A stretch of DNA of 64,000 nt from Alkalispirochaeta sp. (GTDB lineage: Bacteria; Spirochaetota; Spirochaetia; DSM-27196; Alkalispirochaetaceae), in NCBI GenBank assembly GCA_965242725.1, contig CBDESZ010000023.1, forward strand, positions 8,758 to 72,757. Direction: 5' to 3'. Numbering within the stretch: position 1 is the stretch's first letter; each line of letters opens with the position of its first letter. Made by a program: the position numbers and the translations under genes. The notes under the pieces are model-generated. The model saw only the letters and a program-made list of their open reading frames with translations, made no database searches and was not told the origin of the DNA. Shown one piece after another: positions 8,930-18,083 of this stretch.

Positions 8930-9934
8930 ATGCAACGAATTATAAACGATCCCGACAAAGTCGTGGATGAAATGCTCAAGGGATTTCTCAAGGCCCACGC
9001 CGATACGGTGGTGGCCACGGCCAATCCCCGGGTGGTGAAGTACAAGGACGCCCCGATAGAGGGGAAAGTGGGCATCGTCACCGGCGGCGGCAGTGGCCAC
9101 AAGCCCGCCTTTGTGGGCTATGTGGGCAGGAACATGGTGGATGCCGTGGCGGTGGGGGAGATCTTCAGTTCCCCGACGGCCAAGGGTTTTTACGACGCCA
9201 TAAAGGCCGCCGACAGCGGCAAAGGGGTTGCCGTCCTCTACGGGAACTACGCCGGGGACGTGATGAACGTCAAGATGGCCGCCGAGGAGGCGGATGAGGA
9301 CGGCATCGTCGTTCGGACGGTACTTGCCAATGACGATGTGCCCAGTGCGCCGGCGGATCAGCGGCAGAAACGGCGGGGTGTTGCCGGGGAAGTACTGATG
9401 TGGAAGGTCGGCGGTGCAAAGGCGGCGCTGGGGGGCTCTCTGGACGAGGTGATCGCCGCGGCGCAGAAGGCGATCGACAACACCCGGAGCGTGGGCATCG
9501 GGCTCACCCCTTGTACCATTCCCGCGGTGGGGAAGCCCAACTTCTCCATTGAACCGGGAAAGATGGAAGTGGGTATCGGACACCACGGAGAACCGGGAAT
9601 AAAGGTAATGGACCTCGAACCTGCGGACAGGATGGCCGACATGGCGCTGGATATTATCCTGCCTGATCTGCCCTTTGGCGCCGGCGATGAGGTGGTGGTC
9701 CTGGTGAGCGGCCTTGGCGCGACGCCGGTGATGGAGCAGTATATCTTCTACGATCGGGTGGCGCAGGTCCTTGCGGAGAAGAAGATCACCGTGCACCGGC
9801 CGTATGTGGGCAATTACTTCACCAGCCTGGAGATGATGGGTATCACCCTCACCGTGATGAAGGTGGATGAGGAGCTGAAGGAACTTATCGACCTGGATGC
9901 CTACTCCATGGGGCTGCGGCAGCAGAACATTTGA
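8930..9934 (+). CDS. dhaK: Dihydroxyacetone/erythrulose kinase DhaK subunit
   Basis: Motifs GGGSGHKP, GEIFSSP, NYAGDVMN, RRGVAG, GIGHHGEPG and TSLEM. Confidence 0.93.
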   Translation: MQRIINDPDKVVDEMLKGFLKAHADTVVATANPRVVKYKDAPIEGKVGIVTGGGSGHKPAFVGYVGRNMVDAVAVGEIFSSPTAKGFYDAIKAADSGKGVAVLYGNYAGDVMNVKMAAEEADEDGIVVRTVLANDDVPSAPADQRQKRRGVAGEVLMWKVGGAKAALGGSLDEVIAAAQKAIDNTRSVGIGLTPCTIPAVGKPNFSIEPGKMEVGIGHHGEPGIKVMDLEPADRMADMALDIILPDLPFGAGDEVVVLVSGLGATPVMEQYIFYDRVAQVLAEKKITVHRPYVGNYFTSLEMMGITLTVMKVDEELKELIDLDAYSMGLRQQNI

Positions 9935-9958
9935 GTGCATCGGCACGGAGGAAGAACA

Positions 9959-10624
9959 GTGGCAAAGAGTTTCAAGAACAGTGACGGCCGGGTGGTGGTG
10001 GAGCGCCTCATCGAGGTGATCCATGAGAACCGGGCGTATTTGAGCGAAATCGACGGGAAGATCGGTGACGGCGACCACGGGATCAACATGGACAAGGGTT
10101 TTCTACTGACCAAAGAGCGGCTGGAAGAAGAGATGTCCATGAGCGATGCGTTGAAGACGCTGGGACGGACGTTGCTCCTTGAGATCGGCGGATCCATGGG
10201 GCCCCTGTACGGCCAGTTCTACAAGGCGATGGCCAAAGCGAGCAGGGACGCCGAAGATGTGGACGGTGCCACCTTCGCGGATATGCTGGAGGCGGCCTAT
10301 GAGGCGATCCGGAAGCTGGGGGAGGCAAAGCCCGGGGACAAGACGCTGGTGGATACGTTGGATCCGGCCGCCGCGGCGCTGCGCAGTGCCGTTGACCGGG
10401 GTGCGGACCTGCCCGAGGCGCTGGACGAGATGGTAGCCGCCGCGGAGAAGGGGTGGCAGTCCACCGAGGACATGGTGGCGCAGATCGGGCGCTCCAGCCG
10501 GCTGGGAGAACGGAGCCGGGGCGTCCTCGACGCCGGAGCGACGAGCTGTTACTTAATGCTGAAGAGCATGGCAGAGACGGCCAAGGAGCTATCCGGAGCC
10601 GCCGCAGGCGGAGGTGGTTCATGA
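9959..10624 (+). CDS. dhaL: Dihydroxyacetone/erythrulose kinase DhaL subunit
   Basis: Motifs IGDGDHGINM, GGSMGPLYG, PGDKTLVD, GRSSRLGERS and DAGA. GTG start follows GGAGG. Confidence 0.93.
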   Translation: MAKSFKNSDGRVVVERLIEVIHENRAYLSEIDGKIGDGDHGINMDKGFLLTKERLEEEMSMSDALKTLGRTLLLEIGGSMGPLYGQFYKAMAKASRDAEDVDGATFADMLEAAYEAIRKLGEAKPGDKTLVDTLDPAAAALRSAVDRGADLPEALDEMVAAAEKGWQSTEDMVAQIGRSSRLGERSRGVLDAGATSCYLMLKSMAETAKELSGAAAGGGGS

Positions 10625-11076
10625 AAATCGCCATCGGATGTGACCCCAACGCCGCACCGCTGAAGAGGGAGGTGATCGAAGAGCTCGAGAGTCTCGGCCA
10701 CACCCTTACCGATTTCGGATCGGACGACCCGATTTACGCCAATGTGGTGATCGAGGTGGCCGAGGCGGTGGTCCGGGGAGACTTTGACCGGGGGGTGGTG
10801 ATGTGCGGCACAGGAATCGGCGCGAGCATCGCCGCCAACAAAGTGCCCGGCGCCTACTGTGCGCAGGTGACCGACTGCTATCAGGCTGAGCGTGCGGCCC
10901 TCTCCAATGACGCCAACATGATCGCCATGGGTCAGCAGGTGACGGGGAATATGGTTGCCCGCATGATGGCACGGACCTACTTTCAGCACACCGGCAATTT
11001 CGACGTCACCGGCCGCAGCGCGCCCAAAGTGCAGCGCATCTACGACTACGCGGCGGAAAAGCACGATTCCCGTTAA
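10621..11076 (+). CDS. RpiB/LacAB-family isomerase, DerI/EryI (D-erythrulose-4-P isomerase)-like
   Basis: CGTGIG and ANKVPG present. Has 'AERAALSN' and 'FD..GRSA' as I recall for EryI, and lacks the RpiB His residues (DPNA, SNDAN). Confidence 0.88.
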   Translation: MKIAIGCDPNAAPLKREVIEELESLGHTLTDFGSDDPIYANVVIEVAEAVVRGDFDRGVVMCGTGIGASIAANKVPGAYCAQVTDCYQAERAALSNDANMIAMGQQVTGNMVARMMARTYFQHTGNFDVTGRSAPKVQRIYDYAAEKHDSR

Positions 11077-11128
11077 TTACGTTCCCCGCTGACTGGGAAT
11101 AGACTGCCATACGGCGTCGCCACGACGT

Positions 11129-11188
11129 ATCAGAGACGACGATCCCGTCGTCTCTGATTTCCGGAACCGGAACTGCCTCCGGTTCCGG
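11129..11188. terminator. Two adjacent perfect hairpins between convergent genes
   Basis: ATCAGAGACGACG-ATCC-CGTCGTCTCTGAT (11129-11158) and CCGGAACCGGA-ACTGCC-TCCGGTTCCGG (11161-11188). Confidence 0.65.
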
Positions 11189-11197
11189 CGCTCCACG

Positions 11198-12421
11198 TCA
11201 CACAAATCGCCGCAAAAAGGGGTCTCTTTTCCACAAGAGTCCGATGAAGAGCGCCCCGCCGGCGGGAAAGAGCGCCATGACGCCGTACATACCGGTGAAG
11301 CCGAACGCCTCAATTACATATCCACCGATGATGGAACCCAGGAATACGGCCATTCCCATTCCCAGGGCGTTAAAGGCGGTGAGGGCCGTCGCCCGCCGTT
11401 CTGCAGGAGCGACGTGGTTGACGTAGGCGATGCCGGCGCTCAGCATGAGACCGAACGTCACGGCGTGGAGCAGCTGAATGAGTGCCACAACGGGCAGGGC
11501 GGGCTCCAGGGCATAGGCGATCAGTCGTACCGACATGAGTGCTCCTGAGACGGTGAGGAGAAAACCCATACCGAATCGTCGAATGAGCTTTCCCGAATAA
11601 AAAATGATAGGTATTTCGCTGAGTGCGCCGATTGCCCAATAGAGCGTCACCGACGTGACCGACAATGTGTTGCGGAGATACAGGGAGAAAAAGGAGTTGT
11701 ATGCGCCGAACGCAATATTGCCCAGGCCGATCGCCGCGATGACAAGCCATATGGAGGGGGGTATGGAACCATTCCGCGGTTTTTCCGAGGGTGCCGTCGA
11801 CCCTGAGCCATCAGAAGAAACCGCAGTTTTTGTTCCTTCCGGGGGGACGAGTCCGTCGGTGGACGTACCGGATCTTCTGAGAGTATTCAACGGCGGCGGC
11901 ACAAAATAGACGACGGCCGAAAAGGCGAGAATCGATCCGATAAAGGCGATGAGTATTGAGACGGCGCTGTCCGGATTGATGAGACGAAATGCGGGAATGA
12001 TGACACTGGTAACGGCAAAGCCGATGCTGCCCATGACGCGGACCTTTCCGTACTCCTCCCGCGGCGACTGGAGAACGGTTCCGGCGACGGCATCGGTAAG
12101 GGGAACGCTCGTCTTGAAGAGAAAACCGGCAATGCCCGAAACGACCAGCGCAGCCGCGAGGGGCAGTTTGAAAATCAGGACGGCAAAGACAACTCCCGCG
12201 GACATCGTCCCGAGGATTTTCAGCTCCCGAAATCGTCCCGTTCTGTCCGCAATTTCACCGAATACGATAGGTCCGGCGACACCGAGTATTTCAAAGATGC
12301 CGATGAGCAGTCCCACTTCCCGGGGTGAATATCCCGACGCATCGAGAAGAAGCTGGTAGTGGGGTACCACTACGGCATACATGGCAAAGACGAAAAAATA
12401 GTACGCCCGCAGGGCATTCAT
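11198..12421 (-). CDS. MFS transporter (MFS_1_like, YwbF/HcaT-like)
   Basis: Motifs GEIADRTGR, YGKVRVMGSIGF, SEIP and QLLHAVTFG. Confidence 0.9.
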   Translation of the reverse strand: MNALRAYYFFVFAMYAVVVPHYQLLLDASGYSPREVGLLIGIFEILGVAGPIVFGEIADRTGRFRELKILGTMSAGVVFAVLIFKLPLAAALVVSGIAGFLFKTSVPLTDAVAGTVLQSPREEYGKVRVMGSIGFAVTSVIIPAFRLINPDSAVSILIAFIGSILAFSAVVYFVPPPLNTLRRSGTSTDGLVPPEGTKTAVSSDGSGSTAPSEKPRNGSIPPSIWLVIAAIGLGNIAFGAYNSFFSLYLRNTLSVTSVTLYWAIGALSEIPIIFYSGKLIRRFGMGFLLTVSGALMSVRLIAYALEPALPVVALIQLLHAVTFGLMLSAGIAYVNHVAPAERRATALTAFNALGMGMAVFLGSIIGGYVIEAFGFTGMYGVMALFPAGGALFIGLLWKRDPFLRRFV

Positions 12422-13839
12422 GAAATACTCTCGTCGGGGTCAGGACACCCCGATAGATCGTTACCGCTCGACCCGTCAGATGCGGGCGCGGGCTCTCCGG
12501 CCTTCGGGACTGTACCATTGCTCTTCTTTTTTGAAGATTGGCGCGGCGGGCGCGGCTGACGAGGTGCGGTACGGGGTCTGCGGAGCATACCGAGAGTGAC
12601 CTGTGTCGTACGCGGTACCGTTCGGTACGTCGCCTTTGCACCTCTGACGAGAAACTCCGGTACCGTGTGAAGTCTGAGGAGGCCGAAACTGAGATACCCT
12701 ACTAAAATGACGGCGATAACGAGATAGAGTGTTTCCGGGCCGAACCGTCCCATACCCGCCGAGGCGAGGAGGGGGCCGATAATGGAGCCCACCCCGTAAA
12801 ACACGTACAATGCGCTCGCGGCCTCGATCATTTCATCGGTCTTGAGCTGGTCGTTTACCGTTGCTATGGCGAGAGGGTAGAGGGGAAGCATAAAGCCACC
12901 GATAAGAAAGCCCATGACCAGCAGGAACGCGCCCATTTCCCCGGCAAAGGTCATGCCCAACGCAGCGGCGGTCGCCACGGCGGAACTGACGATGAGGGCG
13001 ATACGCCGGTCCTTGTGGTCGGAAATCCACCCGAGAGGAAGCTGAAGCGCGATGGTTCCCAATGCGATAACGAGGAGGAACAAACCGATCGATCCGTCAC
13101 TGAGACCGATGATCTGGGCATACCGCGGGGTGAGGGTGACGTGAGCACCGATGACCGCGCCGCTGACGATGACTCCCGAGGCTCCGAGGGGCGATTTCCG
13201 GAACATCCCGCCCAATCTGATACGGACACTAGTGACACAGGGATTTCCCGTTACCTGTGCCAGCCCGACAGGAAGGACACACAGGGAAATGAGAATTGAC
13301 GTGATTCCGAACAGGTTGAACTGTGCCGGCGTGAATATCGCGAGGAACGGCTGGGTAGCGCCGTTTGCCGCAAGAAACACGATTCCGTATATCGAAAGAA
13401 TGCGGCCGCGGCTCTTGTTCCCGGCGGACGCATTAAGCCAGCTCTCCACAACAACGAGGACAATGGCCACGCAGGCGCCGTGAATGAACCGGAACACCGT
13501 CCACCAGAAGGGTGATATGACAAGGACGTGGGCGAGGGAAGTTGCGGAAGCCAGCGATGAAAAAGCGGCAAAGGTGCGGACATATCCGACGTCACGAATC
13601 ATGACCAGTGCGAGAAAAGAACCGCCCAGCATACCCGCATAGTATCCTGCACTCATGATTCCGATCGCCTGTTCGCTGAAGCCCTCCAGGCCGGCGCGAA
13701 GAGAGACCGCCGTCGTCTGCAATGCCGATCCGCCGGCGAGAAGGAAAATACTTGCAAATATGGCCATGATCGTTGTTGAAACCGCCGCCGCGCCGAAATC
13801 TCTTGACGAGCTCGAAGCGTCGGGTGGAGGTGCGTTCAT
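12418..13839 (-). CDS. MFS transporter (YcaD-like)
   Basis: Motifs VVESWLN, RGRILSIY, LQLPLGWISD..DRR and PLYPLAIA. Confidence 0.9.
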   Translation of the reverse strand: MNAPPPDASSSSRDFGAAAVSTTIMAIFASIFLLAGGSALQTTAVSLRAGLEGFSEQAIGIMSAGYYAGMLGGSFLALVMIRDVGYVRTFAAFSSLASATSLAHVLVISPFWWTVFRFIHGACVAIVLVVVESWLNASAGNKSRGRILSIYGIVFLAANGATQPFLAIFTPAQFNLFGITSILISLCVLPVGLAQVTGNPCVTSVRIRLGGMFRKSPLGASGVIVSGAVIGAHVTLTPRYAQIIGLSDGSIGLFLLVIALGTIALQLPLGWISDHKDRRIALIVSSAVATAAALGMTFAGEMGAFLLVMGFLIGGFMLPLYPLAIATVNDQLKTDEMIEAASALYVFYGVGSIIGPLLASAGMGRFGPETLYLVIAVILVGYLSFGLLRLHTVPEFLVRGAKATYRTVPRTTQVTLGMLRRPRTAPRQPRPPRQSSKKKSNGTVPKAGEPAPASDGSSGNDLSGCPDPDESIS

Positions 13840-13910
13840 GATGACGTGCTACCACACATGTTCAGGTGGAATCAATAGTCAGACGGATCGACGTTGCGGT
13901 CCCTCAACGG

Positions 13911-14606
13911 TCACTCTCGTTTGATGAAAGAAACGACATCTCCGTATTCTTCCACCGCGTGTATCCCTTCCGGAGAGAGACGGTACCAGCCCCGTTCTAT
14001 CCGGTCGAACCACCCATAATGGTTTGCCGACAGGATTCTTCCGCACTCCTTCGGACCACCGGCGAGACGAATGTGCTGTGGCGTTGCACGCTCCTTTTCC
14101 CGAAGTATCGCCGCCGTCAGCAAAGCCCGCTGGCGATAGGCGGAAAAACGTCGCGTCGTTGACGGCTGGCCGCCGCGATTGAACTCTCCGTAGCGGTGGT
14201 CAATTTCCCGGATGATGGCTGCGCGACGGCGATGCCGTCGCCGCGGCGAAAACTCACCCGGGTGGACGACGAGTTCTATCCGTATACCCGAGCGCAGGAA
14301 GCGTACATAAATGAGACCGAGCTCGAGTCGTCGTAATGTCTGCAGGAGGGCGCGGCTGTTTCTCAGTGTCGCTTTCGCGCCGTGGAGGGGGACGGCAAGA
14401 TAGACTGCATCGGTAATCTCTTTGCGCCGCACCCCCTGATTGACGAGGTCGAGACTCATCCGCGTCTTGAGTTCCACGATAATAAGCTCGTCGGGATCGT
14501 CTGGTTTCTGCGCAACGATATCGCAATCCCGTACTTCCGAGGAAACACGGTAACCCTGTCCCTCCAGCCATGTCGCGACCGGTCCAAATAGCTCTTCTTC
14601 TCTCAT
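13911..14606 (-). CDS. DUF2161-family putative PD-(D/E)XK phosphodiesterase
   Basis: MREEELFGPV...SEVRDCDIVA...IVELK, 'AYRQRAL' and 'NHYGWFDRIERGWYRL'. Confidence 0.85.
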   Translation of the reverse strand: MREEELFGPVATWLEGQGYRVSSEVRDCDIVAQKPDDPDELIIVELKTRMSLDLVNQGVRRKEITDAVYLAVPLHGAKATLRNSRALLQTLRRLELGLIYVRFLRSGIRIELVVHPGEFSPRRRHRRRAAIIREIDHRYGEFNRGGQPSTTRRFSAYRQRALLTAAILREKERATPQHIRLAGGPKECGRILSANHYGWFDRIERGWYRLSPEGIHAVEEYGDVVSFIKRE

Positions 14607-14703
14607 TCCTGGGGGAGTATCATAGAAAATTATAGAAATATTGTGTATCTTTAGAAGAAACAAGGTGTTTGAAATTAGATAAAGCCGCTGAAGTGAGGGC
14701 AAA

Positions 14704-17676
14704 ATGAAAAGACAAACTCGATTCACATTGAATCTGTCTCTACTTGCGTTATTTCTCGTTACTCCGTTCATCGTTTTTGCGGGGGGCGCCCAGGAAAACG
14801 CACCGCCGACCCTTGATATACCTGCACAACCGCGACAGTACATCTCGCCCGCCAATGGGGACGACGTTCAGGATGTCCTGCGATTACCATTTTCCAATAT
14901 CGTTGCGCCCGCTGAAGGGGCCGTCATCGTTGAGTACAATCTCAGTATCTATGACGCCGATGGCGGGCTTGTCGCCCTCTCCAGGGAGGTTCAAACGGAA
15001 CGACGCGGTTTTTTCGGTAATCTGTTCGGCGGCGAGAAGCCACGGGTGGCAATTCCCGATACCCTCGTGTGGGACGGCACGTGGAACGTTCCGGAGGGAG
15101 AGACACCCCAGGGAGTGTCCAACGGCGATTTCGTGGAAGACGGTGAGTACACCTACCAGCTGACTGTCATCGATGACCAGAATCGTTTCAACCGGAGTGC
15201 GCCCTTTGCGGTCACGGTGGACAATACGCCGCCGGAAATCGGAGATCTCGCTTCTCCGGAATATACGGTGTTTTCCCCCAACGACGACGGAGTCCGCGAC
15301 TCGATTGCGATACCACTCGCAGGTTCCCGTGAATTGCAGTGGACAATTGAAGTGAAGAACGGGTCCGACGAAACTGTATATTCCGCGGTATTTGAAAATG
15401 AAAATCGGCGCCGCCGCGATCTCGATCCGGCACCGCCGGAGACCTTTGTGTGGGACGGCCGCACCGGTACTACGGAAGAACGTGGTTCGGTTGCTCCGGA
15501 GGGTACGTATTACGTTGCATTGACGGGAACAGACCGCGCGGGAAACTCCACCCAGGGACGTCATCCGACGGAAATCGTCCTGGATCTCTCCGCTGCGGAA
15601 CTCGCGGTGAATGTCGTTGACGGTAACCCCGCCTTCTCCCCCAACGGCGATGGACGGCGGGATACGATTGATCTCGAAATCGTATCAACCCAGGATGAAC
15701 TTGTCCGGTCGTGGCGGGTTGAAGTGTACAACTCCCGTCAGGTTGTCCGCACCTATAGGGGGAGCGGAAGCCCTCCCGATCGGTTGACCTTTGACGGAAT
15801 GCGGGAGGACGGTTCACGTCTCGGCGACGGTACCATCCAGGTTCGAGTCCTCGGTGAAATGATCAACGGGACGACGGTCACCTCGGCACCCCTGAATCTG
15901 ATAATAGATACGGCAGCTCCCTCACTCTCACTTACCGCCTCGACCGCTCCTCAGCAGACGGCGGAAGGTCGTCCCCTGATCTTTGGAGCCGGTGAAAAGC
16001 GCCGCCTCGAGGCTTCGATCTCGCTGGAGACGGACGCTCAGTGGCAGTATCGCATTACCCATAACGGAGTCCCCGTCCTTTCGGGCGCTCTTGAAGATGT
16101 GATCCAGGAGGTAGACCTGCCTCTGGTACGTGAAAACGGACGGACAAGCGTAAATCTCGTATGGGGCGGTGAAGCGCTCAATACGTCCGGCCCGGCAATG
16201 GACGGATTGTACGAGCTGGTCCTGACCGGTGAGGATCAGGCGGCGAACCGGCGGGAGTCCCAACCGTACCGGGTCATCAAGGACACTCGTACGCCCGGCG
16301 TACGACTTACCCTGGGTAGTGAGTATCTGTCACCCCTGTCTACCGGTGGATTCTCCGATGTCGTCTTCCGGATCGACTACGGCGCCGCCGACATCATTGA
16401 GGAGTTTCTCTTTGAAGTCGCCGACGATGAGGGCCGGATGGTGCGCAGTTCCTATCAGCGACAGCCTTTTAATACCTTTCGCTGGAACGGGCTCACCAAC
16501 GGCGGAACCGTTGCCCCCGACGGCGATTATTTCGGTCGTCTCCGCGTCGTCTATTTGAACGGCCATACCGCCGAGAGCGGAGAAGCCGGTCCCGTCCACG
16601 TCGATCGTACGGCGCCGCGCATTTCCCGGTTGACGGCGGAACCCCGGACATTCTCACCGGACGACGACGGCGAGAACGATACCGTCCTTATCCGGCAGCA
16701 GGTCGTTGCCGGTGATGACTGGACGGCGACGATGGTAAATGAGAATGGAGAGGAAGTATTCCGACGACGTTACAGCGATACCGTTGAATCATTTCGCTGG
16801 GACGGAAAAGGCGAAGGGGGAAATGTTCTTCCCGACGGGGACTATACCTATACACTGACGTCCACCGACAACGCGGGGAATTCCACCCGGGAGCAACTCC
16901 TCATAACGCTGCGGACAACTCCTGTTGAGATACCACCGCCGGAAATGAGGCTCGGCGTGCGGCCCAATCCCTTCAGCCCCGACGGCGACGGCGTAGACGA
17001 CACGGTTACCGTCTCGATTTCGATCGAGGGCGAAACTGAAATCGTCTCATGGAACGCCCGCATCCTCGATCACACGGGCAAGGTGTTCCGGACGTTCAGC
17101 GGCGAGGGAAGACCTCCGCGACAGATTCGCTGGAACGGATTGAGTGACAATAGAGTGCTTGTCGATTCCGCGCTGGATTACCCCTTTGAGATGACGATAC
17201 GGGACGATCAGGACCACGTCGTCACCGAGAGGGTCACGATCGCCACGGACATACTCGTTTTCAGGGAGGGTGAAAACCGGTTGCGGATTCGCGTCTCCAG
17301 CATTCACTTTGCCGGAAATACTGCGGATCTATTTGCCGGTTCCGATGAAGAGCTTACAAGAAATCTTGACACCCTGCGCAGACTGGCGCGGATCCTCAAT
17401 CGATATCCCGAACGGGAAATCATCGTAGAAGGCCACGCCGCACACATTTATCTTCAGGGCGAAGCGATGCGGGTGGAGCAGGAAGAGGTTCTCATTCCGC
17501 TCTCACGGGCACGGGCAACGGAAGTCATGCAGGCACTTATCATACTGGGAGTCGACCGGAACCGAATGCGCGTGGAAGCGTATGGTGGAAGCCGGCCGAT
17601 CGTACCCCACGCCGACAGGGAGAATATGTGGCGGAATCGCCGGGTTGAATTTCTGTTGAATCGGCAGGGCAGGTAG
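14704..17676 (+). CDS. Secreted FlgD-Ig/CHU_C-repeat protein with C-terminal OmpA-like peptidoglycan-binding domain
   Basis: Signal peptide and repeated FSPxxDGxxD...WDG...DGxY units. C-terminal 'VEGHA...LSRARA...NRRVEF'. Confidence 0.9.
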   Translation: MKRQTRFTLNLSLLALFLVTPFIVFAGGAQENAPPTLDIPAQPRQYISPANGDDVQDVLRLPFSNIVAPAEGAVIVEYNLSIYDADGGLVALSREVQTERRGFFGNLFGGEKPRVAIPDTLVWDGTWNVPEGETPQGVSNGDFVEDGEYTYQLTVIDDQNRFNRSAPFAVTVDNTPPEIGDLASPEYTVFSPNDDGVRDSIAIPLAGSRELQWTIEVKNGSDETVYSAVFENENRRRRDLDPAPPETFVWDGRTGTTEERGSVAPEGTYYVALTGTDRAGNSTQGRHPTEIVLDLSAAELAVNVVDGNPAFSPNGDGRRDTIDLEIVSTQDELVRSWRVEVYNSRQVVRTYRGSGSPPDRLTFDGMREDGSRLGDGTIQVRVLGEMINGTTVTSAPLNLIIDTAAPSLSLTASTAPQQTAEGRPLIFGAGEKRRLEASISLETDAQWQYRITHNGVPVLSGALEDVIQEVDLPLVRENGRTSVNLVWGGEALNTSGPAMDGLYELVLTGEDQAANRRESQPYRVIKDTRTPGVRLTLGSEYLSPLSTGGFSDVVFRIDYGAADIIEEFLFEVADDEGRMVRSSYQRQPFNTFRWNGLTNGGTVAPDGDYFGRLRVVYLNGHTAESGEAGPVHVDRTAPRISRLTAEPRTFSPDDDGENDTVLIRQQVVAGDDWTATMVNENGEEVFRRRYSDTVESFRWDGKGEGGNVLPDGDYTYTLTSTDNAGNSTREQLLITLRTTPVEIPPPEMRLGVRPNPFSPDGDGVDDTVTVSISIEGETEIVSWNARILDHTGKVFRTFSGEGRPPRQIRWNGLSDNRVLVDSALDYPFEMTIRDDQDHVVTERVTIATDILVFREGENRLRIRVSSIHFAGNTADLFAGSDEELTRNLDTLRRLARILNRYPEREIIVEGHAAHIYLQGEAMRVEQEEVLIPLSRARATEVMQALIILGVDRNRMRVEAYGGSRPIVPHADRENMWRNRRVEFLLNRQGR

Positions 17677-17694
17677 GGTCGGAATCGATCGACC

Positions 17695-17722
17695 GCGGAC
17701 GACACCGACGCGTGTCGTCCGC
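17695..17722. terminator. GC-rich hairpin after the OmpA-domain gene
   Basis: GCGGACGACAC-CGACGC-GTGTCGTCCGC, with no U-tract. Confidence 0.45.
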
Positions 17723-17750
17723 ACCGCCTGCCTCCAACCGGATACACCCG

Positions 17751-17779
17751 TTGTAATAAGAGGCGGAATGTTCTATACT
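17751..17779 (+). promoter_or_regulatory. sigma70 promoter of the small basic protein
   Basis: TTGTAA-N17-TATACT. Confidence 0.65.
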
Positions 17780-17823
17780 CCGGTTTCATTTTTACGAGAT
17801 CATTAAAGGACTGAGGAGATAGT

Positions 17824-18021
17824 ATGTCTAAAGCACACCGTGGTCGTCCCCTGAAGGAAGAGACTCCCAATTCGGGACGTGGAAAATGCCCGGTCACCGG
17901 TCAAACAGGAGTGAAGCTTCTGTATGAACACGAGATTGACGGCAAGAAGGTAAAGATTTCCAAAATCGGCAAGGCTTCACTTGCAAATCAGAAGCGCCGC
18001 GAAGCTGCCGCTACGGCGTAA
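17824..18021 (+). CDS. Small basic spirochaete protein, candidate ribosomal protein (bL38-like)
   Basis: 65 aa, K/R-rich, with a GAGGAG RBS, its own promoter and terminator. Contains 'MSKAHRG...GRGKCPVTG.TGVKLLYE'. The identity is recalled, not verified. Confidence 0.75.
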   Translation: MSKAHRGRPLKEETPNSGRGKCPVTGQTGVKLLYEHEIDGKKVKISKIGKASLANQKRREAAATA

Positions 18022-18032
18022 GCCGGGACAAT

Positions 18033-18059
18033 AAAAAGGCCCGTCCATGCGACGGGCCT
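18033..18059. terminator. Intrinsic terminator between convergent genes
   Basis: A-tract followed by AGGCCCGTC-CATGC-GACGGGCCT, giving a U-tail on the minus strand. Confidence 0.75.
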
Positions 18060-18083
18060 CATTATATCCATTCATATTCCCGG

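Noticed and set aside
13911..14606. Anti-phage defence system around the DUF2161 nuclease-like gene
   Set aside because: It is a solitary gene with no methylase, ATPase or other defence neighbours.
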